Below are positions 43,901-53,056 of a stretch of DNA of 64,000 nucleotides, in pieces. The notes beneath the pieces were generated by a model. The model saw only the letters and a list, made by a program, of their open reading frames with translations. It did not search any database and was not told where the DNA came from. Location: IMG/VR virus record IMGVR_UViG_3300012685_000002, positions 3,411 to 67,410 of that record; one strand, written 5' to 3'. Source of the stretch: a virus. Numbering within the stretch: the first letter of the stretch is position 1; each line of letters begins with the position of its first letter. A program made the translations under genes and the position numbers.

Positions 43901-46402
43901 GACTTCCAGGCCGTACATCTTCGTCACGCCTTCCTGGATCTCTGGAGGCAGGACATGGGGTGTCATGGACAACTGTCCCTTCGGCGTGGCGCGGTCAGCG
44001 ACGAGCGCCTTCAGGTTCTCTGGCGAGAGGGGACCGTTCTGCCAGGCCTGTTCGAAGGCGTCCTTGTTGGCGTTCTGCACGCGGAAGAAGAGCATCTTGT
44101 GGCCCTTCTCGGGCAGCGAGCCAGGCGTGAAGTCCACGATCTGCCGGAGCGAGGCCGGACGCGGAGCGCCGGGCTCGATCCCTTGCTCGGCTGCGTACTT
44201 CTCGAAGCGGGCACGGGCCACCGCGACATCTTCGTCCTTCAGGATGCCTTGGTCACGGAGACGGTAGGCGGCTTGGAGGGCACCCTCGATGTCCGAGACA
44301 GGCCGCTCATCCGTCGAGCGGGCCAAGTCTGCGCGGGCCACGGTCTTCGTCTTCCCACCACGGGTCCGGACCTTGGCGAGATCCTGGCTGACCCCAGTGA
44401 CCGTGACGGCCTCACCGGTGTTCGTGACTGCCTTGGCATCCGGGATCGGGACAATCGCGGCTTCGTTCGGCTTGGCTTCCAGCTGCTGCTCGAACTGGTG
44501 AGTGGAGGCCGTCGTCTCGTCATCGCCCACTTCCAGGAAGGAGGCAATCTCCTCGGAGGAGATGTCACCGCCACGCTTGCGGACACCGGCACGGGCGTTC
44601 TGGAGATCCACGGTCTCGACCTTCCCCGTGGTGCCATCCTTCATGCGCACGGTGGTACCAGCCTTGGGGACCGGGGTGAGCTCTGCTGCATCCACGTACA
44701 TCGGCACCGCATCGGGGGCCGAGACATCGCGCACCATGGTCATGCCGAAGCCGACCCGGTCCACGATCTTCACGAGCTTGCCGTTGTAGAGCGCGTTGGA
44801 CTGGCGGCGGAGACCCTTGTAGTTAGCGAGGTTCGCCTTTCGCACCCGATCCGTGATCTTCGCGTGGACGGCGTCTGGGACATCGTTCTTGGCGTAGAAG
44901 CGGATACGGTCAGCGAGATCCCGGTTGCCGTCAATCGCGAGCTGGGAAGCTTCCCGCATGACGCCCGCTTCACCCCAGGTCGGCTTGATGGAGCGGACGG
45001 TCTCGATGGCGGCGGCTTCGGTCTCGAAGGATGTCTTGGCGCCGATGCTCTGCTCCAGGCCGAGCACCTTCTCCAGCGCAGCGACACGGCCACCGGCGGT
45101 GATCCGCTCATCCTCGGGGAGTGTCGGGTCCACCATGATCCGCTTGATGGTCATGAGTTCCCGCTGCAAGTTCTCCGCACCGTTCTTCATGCGGAGCTTG
45201 TTCATCAAGCGACCACCCTGCGTGTTGAAGTACATCGCCCCGATGCCGTTCATCTTGTCGGCATCAGGCTGGAGCTCGCGCGGCAGGGACTGGGGGTTGG
45301 TGGGCGTCGCGGCTTCCGTGGCGGCCGCCACTGCTTGTCCCTCAGGGCTCTGCGTGGCCTGCTGCTGCGTCCGGGCGAGCAAGTCCTTGGCGTAGTTCCG
45401 CTGCGCCACCTCATCCGGTGTCTTTGCCCAGCGCCACTGACCGGTCGTGGGGTCCTTCGTCCGCCACTTGATGGCTCCAGTCTTGAGCTGCACCGCTTGC
45501 TTCCCGTCGATGACCATGCCCGGGCCGGGGACGAACTGGGACATATCTCCACGGACCTGGCTCTCCAAGACCGTGGCTGCTGGGGCCGCCATCCGTGGGG
45601 ACATCGGCTGGCCACCGTTGTAGAGCTTCGGGAGCAGCCAGCTGGCGATCTTTCCAGCACCCCAGTTGAATGCGCCGAACGTGCCACCGAAGGCGAGGTT
45701 CATGGGGTCGCGCATGCCTCTGAGGCCTGCTTGGCCGACATCTGTGGCGTTCAGCGGTGCATGACCAGGGAGCAGGGAGCTCTCGGCTTGCTCGACCGCT
45801 GCGTTCGCACCACCGAAGATGGAGCCAATCCCCATGCCCTTCGCGATGGAGCCGAGGAGTGGCTCTGGACCGATACCCGCGCCTGCTGCGCCACCCGCCA
45901 TGCCAAGCGGCACGAGGACACCGAGTTGCGCGAGCATCGGAGCGATCTGGAGCACGAGCTTCTCACGTTCGTTCGCAGGATTCAACTCGCCAGCCTCAAC
46001 TGCGCGTTCGACACCCACGCCAGTCAGGCCGCCTGTGACAGCACTCCGAATACCTGCCGCGAGCACCCGGGACATGCGGACGAACTGCTCGCTTGGGAGC
46101 AACTTCGTGTCACCAGGATTGTTCTTGGGATCGGTCAGATCCAGTGCAGTCCCGCCAGGAGCCACCGTGCCCTCTGTCGTCTCTTGGCTCGTGGCATTGC
46201 CTTGGCCCATGCCGAAGAGCTCCGCGAAGAATGGAGCGAAGCCGAGGGGAGGGCCATAGGGACTGCCGATGATCTGCCGATGCAGAAGTGCCTGCTGCGG
46301 GCCGTGTTGCGTGACCTTGGCGGCTACAGCCTTCAAGATGGGATCGAAGATGTTGTGCGGAGCAGGAGGACCTTGTGGGTCCTGATCGTCATACGAGGGC
46401 AT
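37907..46402 (-). CDS. giant putative internal virion/ejection (polyvalent-like) protein, 2831 aa
   Basis: size, position after small pilot-like genes, Gly/Ala-rich hydrophobic N- and C-terminal segments. Confidence 0.8.
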   Translation of the reverse strand: MPSYDDQDPQGPPAPHNIFDPILKAVAAKVTQHGPQQALLHRQIIGSPYGPPLGFAPFFAELFGMGQGNATSQETTEGTVAPGGTALDLTDPKNNPGDTKLLPSEQFVRMSRVLAAGIRSAVTGGLTGVGVERAVEAGELNPANEREKLVLQIAPMLAQLGVLVPLGMAGGAAGAGIGPEPLLGSIAKGMGIGSIFGGANAAVEQAESSLLPGHAPLNATDVGQAGLRGMRDPMNLAFGGTFGAFNWGAGKIASWLLPKLYNGGQPMSPRMAAPAATVLESQVRGDMSQFVPGPGMVIDGKQAVQLKTGAIKWRTKDPTTGQWRWAKTPDEVAQRNYAKDLLARTQQQATQSPEGQAVAAATEAATPTNPQSLPRELQPDADKMNGIGAMYFNTQGGRLMNKLRMKNGAENLQRELMTIKRIMVDPTLPEDERITAGGRVAALEKVLGLEQSIGAKTSFETEAAAIETVRSIKPTWGEAGVMREASQLAIDGNRDLADRIRFYAKNDVPDAVHAKITDRVRKANLANYKGLRRQSNALYNGKLVKIVDRVGFGMTMVRDVSAPDAVPMYVDAAELTPVPKAGTTVRMKDGTTGKVETVDLQNARAGVRKRGGDISSEEIASFLEVGDDETTASTHQFEQQLEAKPNEAAIVPIPDAKAVTNTGEAVTVTGVSQDLAKVRTRGGKTKTVARADLARSTDERPVSDIEGALQAAYRLRDQGILKDEDVAVARARFEKYAAEQGIEPGAPRPASLRQIVDFTPGSLPEKGHKMLFFRVQNANKDAFEQAWQNGPLSPENLKALVADRATPKGQLSMTPHVLPPEIQEGVTKMYGLEVPADLAPMERYSGNAKSAIRALGGKGVVEKYSSPVNLPPDVFNVGRVYRIADELIKQAQRADTWLQFMGQEEQTSYLKNLINLNAKVDHEIAQTATEARVAHVAAANAVATNDGVAFLEAETTRAAKAAELAKEDVASYFLQPEVAGVVDKTLEAAALLDENMQARHAEFEQQGLTEATKNFYHAMLADMPAAAERAMTDKIMVSRSKNIPGQRLFVVKRNRPGTHGRYGEGPITPTQETYYEMTPIDPQGRPLREATVQAQTEEEVEAYHGQHGYIPANTYLASSDWVHAQNPNVQLRVRPSVAGKLEATVEQKLQMPSPQEFNPDYPNRNLYTPEQNKIIAEILEQHQDAEGGSTYFNQKDRQAFDSQEQLDAWARAQGFRETQTGEGDLSLAKRFADLPSTDKLAKQAGAYVEVPPRKEYTGKVVNVRNPETGQLEARKVFRTVTKMKALKLVESNLKEIIKDAVNLQRVVPDPVLEYINDFADIYREHMGVPPFSKSWRAALGIPDVEDMMPNPNPQSIDPSSVDLPNVKYTKGMNAPTPKTDQFITHVSLGELFTEDEWGALELGPDMHTSGAVQHVPDDAQFLYAHVLGVKGQGAFREFDAAAKAAAQEAAWSKWTEAWRKAQETGESGPAQFSTDKLSLGTYQPTGQVVQILPFDLASTERPIKFPDGSEMTVNRDLVEPSKFRTRDEHDYAIAQLIREGRYGEYFKGEPDIGFGKVEQELGLLGSRDREVLNQAIAGKAFEYAQQLVPLENNSLAGPQEAVDGLLDLYNRSLWISSETPEPAVKPTRSLTPLETEQNVLNAIRAVNPELEKPFRIAAERHYRQQLGDTPFGDLLAKAHAGLLRYDIKDEEALRKALGVSKHAPMARVIQEAIKQRYLDPNVARVAKKISSELGYFSWLDKADLPGEVKVEYPGAHDIGLFTEYGVTPIKKAARHPLTKMFLNMVDLANSEQSRYNRRSLEVVNDLTQHGMKLAKGSPDSMEIDRLRTTYDTWEEAKAAGVDEKYHYPFLRAVKFYDEGMEDHIRDAMQKGIQPKYIDMDAINAEREKGSAAIGKLESWLHEHGVDVNRMMPGFAVLTKEKIPDIGFQGEVETGRFTHDEIEAFLQLRRQYANAKELPPGTDQRFTRDFDFWKRYGRKRYVSHVQNGNIGLFINRGGQELIAGFAPSFHEAAFTFRDLVEQGHISPAEADGAVFRPVGKVVDPTDARILQASRKEWNRAMKAFADHIGADGEDVKGIFIPQKVGPTPEQKAPALGTLQSAKPRVANLPRPHPDFVDDMIAYNARIGRAQYNFKVAKAWQVLQNDQLDRTLSAQAGVPELSTMPNLKRDMDEYARSALGEYTTMDKISDWVQRWATMSWAAPMEGFKKLGAQIGLSDGSPLSWGDILNSETYHRKFASRARASSTVSYNALRKLVINPASALYNATQFHVYAAPFARGANEFERFVNANTAWKDGINLWYNNTFGGGPPEHLKGIWPLIHEIGPDLMPSKQLAGGSGSSWGDVAGTFPQRAGKNLWDYSTDVGKWMGMLAFNGGEQSGRFATVVMELKGYLEEHGVNWRDPKAIAAHPDIASEAMFSAKRLMEKTFFKYDALGMPKMFSKLGPAGRLLFQFKPFIIQATGYEYDLWRAAIQNKPEAWGQLGRHVGMLAALGGATGLMAHPIISYLGALVKFLTPGRPDVIHMAGHSIPLNVDGLEAISENARQQSMTGEERINNTMRYRWQDLLNYGILGSAFHVATGNRLGVSGQDITPDFSDFPHWLVSEAGPTFSLYPQLAQAWGKYLSTGRGTGRAMLGGAAGMLASHLISSKLTGGAPLPFSGATGGLVGAWLASKSADNPFGDFLFKSKEGKQLVFNLVPAMARNAYKTWEIYNHGNITNLDGEPQQVPYENRTEEMAAMLAGFSTIRREEYQAVNSFENSLAASYNTTREIVTNSMAVALKEGNTEEAWRIFLKAQHMGVYIPESAVQTRLQDLTQEAMTTMQQHQNAVTRYTQP

Positions 46403-46459
46403 CGCGGTTCCTAGGTTTCCGTGTACAGCTAGTAGTATACTAGATAGGTATTTAGATAG

Positions 46460-48271
46460 CTACTCCTTCTTAGGCTTCTCTTCTGCTCCAGGCTTGGCCG
46501 TCGCAGTCGAGGCGGCAGCCGCTGCGGGCACGTTGCCCAGTGCGGCACCCAACGCATCCTCTCGACCGGCTGTGGCCATCTGGATCAGCTGGAAGCGGAG
46601 CATGTTGATGAGCGTGGGCCGTTGGCCTTGTGGCGCACCCTCGATGGCGTGCACGGCCAAGAGCAGCTCATTGCGCGAGTTGGGGTCGAGCATGAAGGTT
46701 GTGTCCGACGCGAGCTTCTTGAGTTGCGAGATGACATGATCGGTCGAGCCCGTAGAGAGCGAGTCGATGATCATCCGGGACTCGGCGAACGAAGTCGGGT
46801 TCGCCTTCACCTTGTCGTGGATGGCCTGGTAGAGCGCCCGGCCACCGTTGCTCATGCCCACTTGGTTGACTGGGGCCGTGCCACGGGATGGAGCACCCTT
46901 GGCCCCCATGACTTCTGCTGGGCCAGCCGGGATGATCAGATTCTTGCTGCCACTGGTGGGCGTCGGGGGCGTCCGCTGATTGGCCGCCGGACCCTCGCCA
47001 CCCTCGTTGTACTGCGGGCCCACGAAGATGTCCCCTGCAGGGTTGTAGTTGGGCGAGCTGGGATCAGTGGCTCCAGGGATGCCGCCCGCACTCTGGCCAC
47101 GCATCGCCGGGAAGACACGAGTCTTCAGGTAGTCCTTGACGAGCTGGCTCGTTGGATACGGAGCACCGTTGCGACCACCCCATTCCATGTTGTCCGGCGA
47201 GCCATAGGACATGGCGTACTTCATCGCCTGGAGGAGCGGATCGTTGGACTGCAGGGCCGAGATTGCCTTGGCCATGTCGAGATCGTTGCCATGGAAGGTG
47301 ACGTACTTCCCGTCCGGTGTCTGCAACAGATTCCACCGTGCGGCCAAGCGGGCGGCGATAGCCACCTCGCTGGTGATTGCCTCCGATGGAGAGGCCGTGC
47401 GCATCGACTGCATCGAGCGGTTGAAGTCTTCCGTCGATGGGAAGAACGAAGTGGCGTAGCGGACCTGTGGCGCCAATGCCAGCGCCCGCTGCATCTTCTC
47501 TTCGACATCCTTCCGCAAGGCCGCGTTCTCGGGCCGCTGGAAGATCGGGTCACGCAGCATGCCGAGATACTGGGGCAGCTTCGAGAAGGTGAAGATGTCC
47601 TGGAAGTTCCGGGTCAAGTGACCGGGATTCTTCGGGTCCTGGGCGAAGGCAATCTTGTTCGCGAGCTCCATGAACTCGGGGCCGGGCGTGTTGAGCTGCT
47701 GAATCCGCTGATCGACACGGAGCTCTTCGAACTGTGCTTCTCGCTGCTGCATCTCACGGATCGGCATCTCCAAGCCCATGGCAGAGGCGACTTCTGGCAG
47801 CTCACCTTCCGTCACGGGTGCAGACTGACCCTTGAAGCCCATACGCTTGCGGGCATCGTCGATGTAGCCCTGGATGTCCTTGGCGACCGGGAGACCGTAG
47901 CGCTTGGCCCCGGTGAGCGCCTCAGGGGTGTAGTAGTCCTCACCGTTGAGAGAGTACTTGGCTGCTGCACCCGCACGGGCGAGGTTGCTCCGAGTCTCTG
48001 CATCGAGGGAGCTGCCTGGGACCACTTGGCCTGTCTGAATCTCTGAACGCTGCTTGGCCAGGGCCATCGGGCCTGTGAACTTGAGCTCCGACTCCCGCTG
48101 GATGTCCTGCTCCTGCGAGTACTTCTGCAGCTCCCGCTTCTGGGCCATCTTCTGGAAGGGCAGCTGAAAGAGCTCGCTCATCCCCACGTCCAGGGCGCCA
48201 CGGAAGGCTTCCTGGATCGGGGAGTACCGGATCGGCGGGAAAGAGAACTGGGGTGGTTGGAGCGGAGCCAT
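46460..48271 (-). CDS. putative internal virion/ejection protein
   Basis: helical Q/A-rich 603-aa ORF in ejection-gene position. Confidence 0.65.
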   Translation of the reverse strand: MAPLQPPQFSFPPIRYSPIQEAFRGALDVGMSELFQLPFQKMAQKRELQKYSQEQDIQRESELKFTGPMALAKQRSEIQTGQVVPGSSLDAETRSNLARAGAAAKYSLNGEDYYTPEALTGAKRYGLPVAKDIQGYIDDARKRMGFKGQSAPVTEGELPEVASAMGLEMPIREMQQREAQFEELRVDQRIQQLNTPGPEFMELANKIAFAQDPKNPGHLTRNFQDIFTFSKLPQYLGMLRDPIFQRPENAALRKDVEEKMQRALALAPQVRYATSFFPSTEDFNRSMQSMRTASPSEAITSEVAIAARLAARWNLLQTPDGKYVTFHGNDLDMAKAISALQSNDPLLQAMKYAMSYGSPDNMEWGGRNGAPYPTSQLVKDYLKTRVFPAMRGQSAGGIPGATDPSSPNYNPAGDIFVGPQYNEGGEGPAANQRTPPTPTSGSKNLIIPAGPAEVMGAKGAPSRGTAPVNQVGMSNGGRALYQAIHDKVKANPTSFAESRMIIDSLSTGSTDHVISQLKKLASDTTFMLDPNSRNELLLAVHAIEGAPQGQRPTLINMLRFQLIQMATAGREDALGAALGNVPAAAAASTATAKPGAEEKPKKE

Positions 48272-48534
48272 TAGTACCCTTTGAGCGCGTTAGTGATGGG
48301 CGTCTGTGGCGACAGCTTCTGGGTGAAGGCCTTCATGATCGGACTGTTCAAGGTCTCTTGCTCCGTGCTGAGGTTCTTCTGCGAGTTCCGTCCCTTGAAG
48401 AGCTTCGAGCCCGTGGAGCCCGCGCTCTTCCGACCGAAGCCCGGGAAGGCACCCTTGGGCGTGTTCTTGGCCTTGTCCATCTTCTTCGCCATGTCCGCGA
48501 GCACGCTCAGCTGGCCCGAGCCTTGGGAAGCCAT
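48271..48534 (-). CDS. small basic protein
   Basis: TAATG coupling on both sides. Confidence 0.7.
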   Translation of the reverse strand: MASQGSGQLSVLADMAKKMDKAKNTPKGAFPGFGRKSAGSTGSKLFKGRNSQKNLSTEQETLNSPIMKAFTQKLSPQTPITNALKGY

Positions 48535-49280
48535 TAGTAGCCTCCCAGCGAGGGGAAGTACTCACGGCCTGGACGACCACCCGGCATCGGCGGCGGAGTG
48601 AACTGCTGTGGCTGCCCTTTCGAGGCCTCTCCACGCTGCTTCATGTAGTTATCCAGGAAGCTCTTGAGGATCGGGTTCATGCTCTTGGCGGGCTCGGCGG
48701 CACCAGGACCACCGCTGCCCACCGCGTTACCACCAGGACCGATGGTGCCACCGCCCACCGTGTTCCCTGGAGGCGCGGCAGCAAAGGTCGAGCCACCGTA
48801 GCCACCACCGCCTCCAGCGACACTGTTGGCCATGGAACTCATGCCGCCCATGCCTTGCGTGAGGTTTCCCATGCCTGCAGCGTGCACAGCTGGATGCCAG
48901 CCAGACCAGCCAACGGGAGGTGCCGTGACGCCTCCTGCAGCGGCAGTGCCGCTCGGGAGGCCTTCGCTCACAGCAGCAATCGGATTACCGCTGGCAGCCC
49001 CGGCACCCGCACCAGCACCCGCACCACCACCGATGCCGAATGCGTGTGCAATAGCTGGACCGCCGAAGTAAGCCCCTGCCGCCAAAGCTCCCAACTTCGC
49101 ATTGTTACCCCACTCTGTACCGAGGTTCTTGAGTCCCTTCCCTTGCAGCAAATCTCCGCCCATCTTGAACGGATTCGTCAGGGGAGGCAAATGGAGCGCC
49201 TTCAGGGCCATGTTCGGCAAGAAGTCCGTCACGTCGCCGAAGCCTGAGAAGAGCTTACCGAGAGTGCCGAGAATGGCCAT
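48534..49280 (-). CDS. Gly-rich putative pilot/ejection protein
   Basis: Gly/Ala-rich with TM-like segment. Confidence 0.7.
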   Translation of the reverse strand: MAILGTLGKLFSGFGDVTDFLPNMALKALHLPPLTNPFKMGGDLLQGKGLKNLGTEWGNNAKLGALAAGAYFGGPAIAHAFGIGGGAGAGAGAGAASGNPIAAVSEGLPSGTAAAGGVTAPPVGWSGWHPAVHAAGMGNLTQGMGGMSSMANSVAGGGGGYGGSTFAAAPPGNTVGGGTIGPGGNAVGSGGPGAAEPAKSMNPILKSFLDNYMKQRGEASKGQPQQFTPPPMPGGRPGREYFPSLGGY

Positions 49281-49288
49281 GCGTCACC

Positions 49289-49933
49289 TTACAGTGGGCC
49301 GAAGCCGAGACCGAGGAGTCCGCCCTTGGGAACACTCTTGCCCGCAAGACCGAGCTGACCGATGCTGCCCGCGCCCGAGAAGAGCGACTGGATCAGATCC
49401 ATGATGTTCTGGTTCGTCTCGCCGAAGGCGCTCCCGAGCAGGGAGCGGCGTTGCTGCTCCAGGTTCCCGGCTTGCGTGGAGAAGAAGTTGGAGATGTCCG
49501 AGACACCCTGGTTCAGGATGCCGTTCTCTCCACGCTCCGCACCGCTGGGGGCGAAGCCTTGTCCAGCCACCTTGCCACGAGCACCAGCGATCTGTCCAGC
49601 GATCTGACCACCGGGCTTGAAGAGATTGTTCGCGAAGCCCTGTGTGGCCGTGAGGGCCTGGTTGAAGCTCGCCGAAGGATCGAGGATCGAGCTCATGAAG
49701 GAGTTGCCGATAGGACCCTGCGCGCTGATCTGCTGGTTCAGGAACGGCGTGAACATCTGGCTAAGGATGTCTTCCATCGACTTGCCAGCGTTCTTGGGAT
49801 CACTCAGGCCACCCTTCTTTCCAGCGCCAGGGATGCCCGTGTAACTCGTGGTGTCCCACGGCGTCTTGAACTGCGGATAGCCCCCACCACTGTTCGGTGC
49901 GGTCGAGTTGATCAATGGCATCTGTGGCGGCAT
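49289..49933 (-). CDS. putative pilot/ejection protein
   Basis: G/Q/S-rich, C-terminal hydrophobic Gly-rich tail. Confidence 0.7.
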   Translation of the reverse strand: MPPQMPLINSTAPNSGGGYPQFKTPWDTTSYTGIPGAGKKGGLSDPKNAGKSMEDILSQMFTPFLNQQISAQGPIGNSFMSSILDPSASFNQALTATQGFANNLFKPGGQIAGQIAGARGKVAGQGFAPSGAERGENGILNQGVSDISNFFSTQAGNLEQQRRSLLGSAFGETNQNIMDLIQSLFSGAGSIGQLGLAGKSVPKGGLLGLGFGPL

Positions 49934-49966
49934 AGTCCCTCACTTGATGCGGTAAGTATAGCTCAA

Positions 49967-50458
49967 CTATAGCTCTACCTCAATGCCCGCGATGATGTCG
50001 GCCGTGGTAGGCGTCCAGCCGACGGTGCTGTAGCGGATGTCCAGGCTGTCTCCCGCCTTGAAGAGCATGTTCTCGGTCGTGGGAGCCTGGGACGCCTTGT
50101 AGGTAGTATTCACCGCATCAAGGATCGCCGTGAGCGTGCCCAGCTGAGCACCGTTCTTGAAGACCTTGGCGGTGAGCGTGCCTGCTGTCCGGGCCGGTGT
50201 GCACTTCACCCAGAGGGTCCAGACCCAGCCATCCCGGGGGCAGATCCACTCGTCGATACCGGCGGTCTGGATACGGGTGAGTTGCTGGTTGGTGGTGGTA
50301 CCCCCCACCACGTTGAAGAACCACATGTCCACCATGTAGATACTCCGGGCAGACTGGGCATAGGTCTGCTCGAAGAAGGTGCGGGTCTCAGGATCGAGTC
50401 CCTGGGGGATGGAGGGGGCCTTCCGGGTACCCCGACGGCCTGGGGGAGTGGGGATCAT
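49967..50458 (-). CDS. putative tail protein
   Basis: beta-rich ORF coupled in tail operon. Confidence 0.7.
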   Translation of the reverse strand: MIPTPPGRRGTRKAPSIPQGLDPETRTFFEQTYAQSARSIYMVDMWFFNVVGGTTTNQQLTRIQTAGIDEWICPRDGWVWTLWVKCTPARTAGTLTAKVFKNGAQLGTLTAILDAVNTTYKASQAPTTENMLFKAGDSLDIRYSTVGWTPTTADIIAGIEVEL

Positions 50459-50937
50459 TAGGAGCTCTGGGCCCCACGTTCCTTGGCCCGACGCAGGGGG
50501 TAGAAGTGCACCTCCGCCTCAGCAGGCAGGAAGATGCCCGTGAGGGTGTTGGAAGCCACGTCCAGCTCCACTTCGACGTAGGTCCCTGGGGCGTTCACAG
50601 AGGCTTCGATCCAGGATTCGATAGGAGGTGCCGTAGGGGCCACCGCCGTGAACGATACGCTCTGGAGCACCTTGTTGCCTCCTGCGTCAAATGTGGTCGT
50701 TTGTGCCCCATCCACGAAGACTTTCATGGTCGCTTGGAAGGCGCCAGTCCGCCAGATACGCACGGCCACGCGGCGGATGACCACGAGGCCCACCTCACCC
50801 AAGGGAGAGATCCGCTCGGTCTTGAGCACAGCGGTATAGACGCCACCGGTGTCCTGGGTGCCCGAGTCCAAGCCTACACGTCCAATCTTGTAGACTCTAG
50901 AGCCGGTGTTCTCGAAGGCAAACGCTGGAGTGATCAT
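50458..50937 (-). CDS. putative tail protein
   Basis: start MITPAFAF; resembles the C-terminal domain of tail nozzle-type proteins. Confidence 0.65.
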   Translation of the reverse strand: MITPAFAFENTGSRVYKIGRVGLDSGTQDTGGVYTAVLKTERISPLGEVGLVVIRRVAVRIWRTGAFQATMKVFVDGAQTTTFDAGGNKVLQSVSFTAVAPTAPPIESWIEASVNAPGTYVEVELDVASNTLTGIFLPAEAEVHFYPLRRAKERGAQSS

Positions 50938-53054
50938 TAGGCTGGGCACCCGGCAATATGGTTAAGGCTTCGCGAGGGCGTGGTCGCCGTGCTGGAGAGC
51001 GTGGTACCCTCATCGTAGGCGTCCACACGGTACTGCACCGTCGTGTTGGTCGGCGGGTTATCGAGAGTGTCCGTGTAGGCCCCGCTCTGCAACGAGACCG
51101 TGGCGATCAAGAAGAAGCCGCCACCACCGAAGCTCTGGTAGATCTTCGCCGTATCATTGGCTGTGAAGAACGTGCCACTCCAGGTGATGTTGCCGTGGAA
51201 CAGGCAGGTCCCGAACTGGGTGATGGTGAGGTTCGCACTCGACATCGCTGGCGGCGGGAAGCCGAAGACGGCATTCACCACCGGGGACGAGTAGGCCGAG
51301 TCTGCCTCGGCAGTCTTCTTAGCCTTCACACGGTAGTAGTACGTGATCCCGACAGTGCCAGAGGTGTCATCGAATGTGAAGGCGCCTGTGCCGGGATTCG
51401 AGACCGTGGTGATGGCACTGAAGGTCGTGCCATTCACGCCGCGCTCGATGACGATGTCCGCACCAGCCTGGTTGTTCGTGTAGGAGATCCGGACACCCGT
51501 GGCAATGCTGTTCGCCGCCACGAGTGTCGGGGTGGCACAGAACGTCCGCGTGCTCTGCTCTGTCGAGTAGGCGCTATTCTGCGCGTTCCGGACATGGCGG
51601 ATCTTGTAGAAGTAGTTCGTGGTGGGCGTAAGTCCTGTGTCAGCGTAGAAGGCCACGCCCGACGCCACGGTGGTGAGCAATGTCTCCGTGCCTGAGGTAG
51701 GCCCACGCCAGATCTCCGTGGTCGTGTCGAGGGAGGTATCCCCGTTCACCCAGGTGAGATCCACCTCGGTACCAGAGACTGGAGTCAGCACGAGCGCACT
51801 CGGAGCTGCCTGGGGCGGCGGCAGCGTCTGGTTCGGGATGGCAGCCATCGAGGTGACGAGGAGTGCCGTACCACCGCTGTTCAGCCACTGGCCGCTGGAG
51901 AAGAGTCCCTGGGCAGGCCCAGCCGCCTGTTGCCGTTGGTAGCCGAGATAGCTGTTGGGCGTGCCCGAGCCGGTCTGCGGCACCGCGAAGTAGACCATGC
52001 TGTCATCCACCGAGTACTCAGCGGAGATCGTGGGATTGAAGCCGACCGCTTGGACGAACTTGCGGATGTTGCCGCCGATGTCTACGACGGTCTGTCCATC
52101 GGTCATGTGCGGACCCCGGTCACTCCAGAAGTAGCAGAAGCCATCTTCCGTCGAGCAGGCGGCGTAGGGACCGATAGCGCCCACCTTGTCAGAGATGGGA
52201 CGGAGGGACCAGGTATCGGCATCGTAGCCGAAGAGAGCGTAGGCCTGCCGACGTTTGAAAATGATCGCCGCACCGCCCGCGTACGCCACGGTCGTGATAG
52301 GGTCGCCACGGTCGCCCGCTTCTCGGTGATCGACGTTCCACCACTCCTGCGCGGTGATGCCGACCGCACCGGCCATGTCTGGCTCGATGGAGGGGATGAG
52401 GCCCGGCTGACTGAAGCGCATCATCTCGGGACGGGTGGCCGCGCCGAACTGGTAGAAGCCCGAGCCCCACATGGAGTACTGGTACTTCCAGATGTAGGTG
52501 TAGCGAGTGTTGTGCAGCGCGCCCGAGTCAGCAAAGTCGTTCTGGAGATTGTTGATCGTGTTGGCGTCCGAGTTCCAGAACAGCGTGTCATACTGATTGT
52601 TGTTGTCCGCGATGTAGAGGCGGGACACGGGCGTTCCAGCGATACCGCCATCGAAGCTCACCATCATCGGGGCCGATAGGGTCGCGCCAGTCCAGAGCAC
52701 CGCGACAAAGGTGGACTGGGTACCGTTCGGCGTGCCCTCGGATGTCCCGTCGGGATTGAGGCGGTAGAGATACGTCTTGTTCGTGTTCGAGCTGAAGGCG
52801 ATGACGTAGAACTTGTTCTTGTGGAAGCGACCGGCCAGCACGCTCGTGACAGGCGCGGGAGAGCCTGCATCGTCCAAGAGCTGGACGGTCACAGTGACAG
52901 GGGCTCGCACGGCGAAGCGTCCCCGGAACACGACCCAGTTCGAGAGGACCTGCATCGTGGTCGGATCGGGGATGGCCTGTGAGTCATTCAGTCCCCCAGC
53001 GAGGGCGACGGGCTGAGTCATCAGGTTCCCGTACGGATTCAGGGGATACTTCAT
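50937..53054 (-). CDS. tail nozzle/stabilization-like beta-propeller protein with FN3 domains
   Basis: IIFKRRQAY, VGAIGPYA and YFWSDRG blades; DTGLTPTTNYFYKI and YYYRVKA FN3 motifs. Confidence 0.75.
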   Translation of the reverse strand: MKYPLNPYGNLMTQPVALAGGLNDSQAIPDPTTMQVLSNWVVFRGRFAVRAPVTVTVQLLDDAGSPAPVTSVLAGRFHKNKFYVIAFSSNTNKTYLYRLNPDGTSEGTPNGTQSTFVAVLWTGATLSAPMMVSFDGGIAGTPVSRLYIADNNNQYDTLFWNSDANTINNLQNDFADSGALHNTRYTYIWKYQYSMWGSGFYQFGAATRPEMMRFSQPGLIPSIEPDMAGAVGITAQEWWNVDHREAGDRGDPITTVAYAGGAAIIFKRRQAYALFGYDADTWSLRPISDKVGAIGPYAACSTEDGFCYFWSDRGPHMTDGQTVVDIGGNIRKFVQAVGFNPTISAEYSVDDSMVYFAVPQTGSGTPNSYLGYQRQQAAGPAQGLFSSGQWLNSGGTALLVTSMAAIPNQTLPPPQAAPSALVLTPVSGTEVDLTWVNGDTSLDTTTEIWRGPTSGTETLLTTVASGVAFYADTGLTPTTNYFYKIRHVRNAQNSAYSTEQSTRTFCATPTLVAANSIATGVRISYTNNQAGADIVIERGVNGTTFSAITTVSNPGTGAFTFDDTSGTVGITYYYRVKAKKTAEADSAYSSPVVNAVFGFPPPAMSSANLTITQFGTCLFHGNITWSGTFFTANDTAKIYQSFGGGGFFLIATVSLQSGAYTDTLDNPPTNTTVQYRVDAYDEGTTLSSTATTPSRSLNHIAGCPA

Positions 53055-53056
53055 GC

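Noticed and set aside
41816-46414. 1532-aa plus-strand ORF (and other long plus-strand ORFs such as 38957..41035 and 6631..7959)
   Set aside because: Antisense shadows of GC3-biased minus-strand genes; no motifs or RBS
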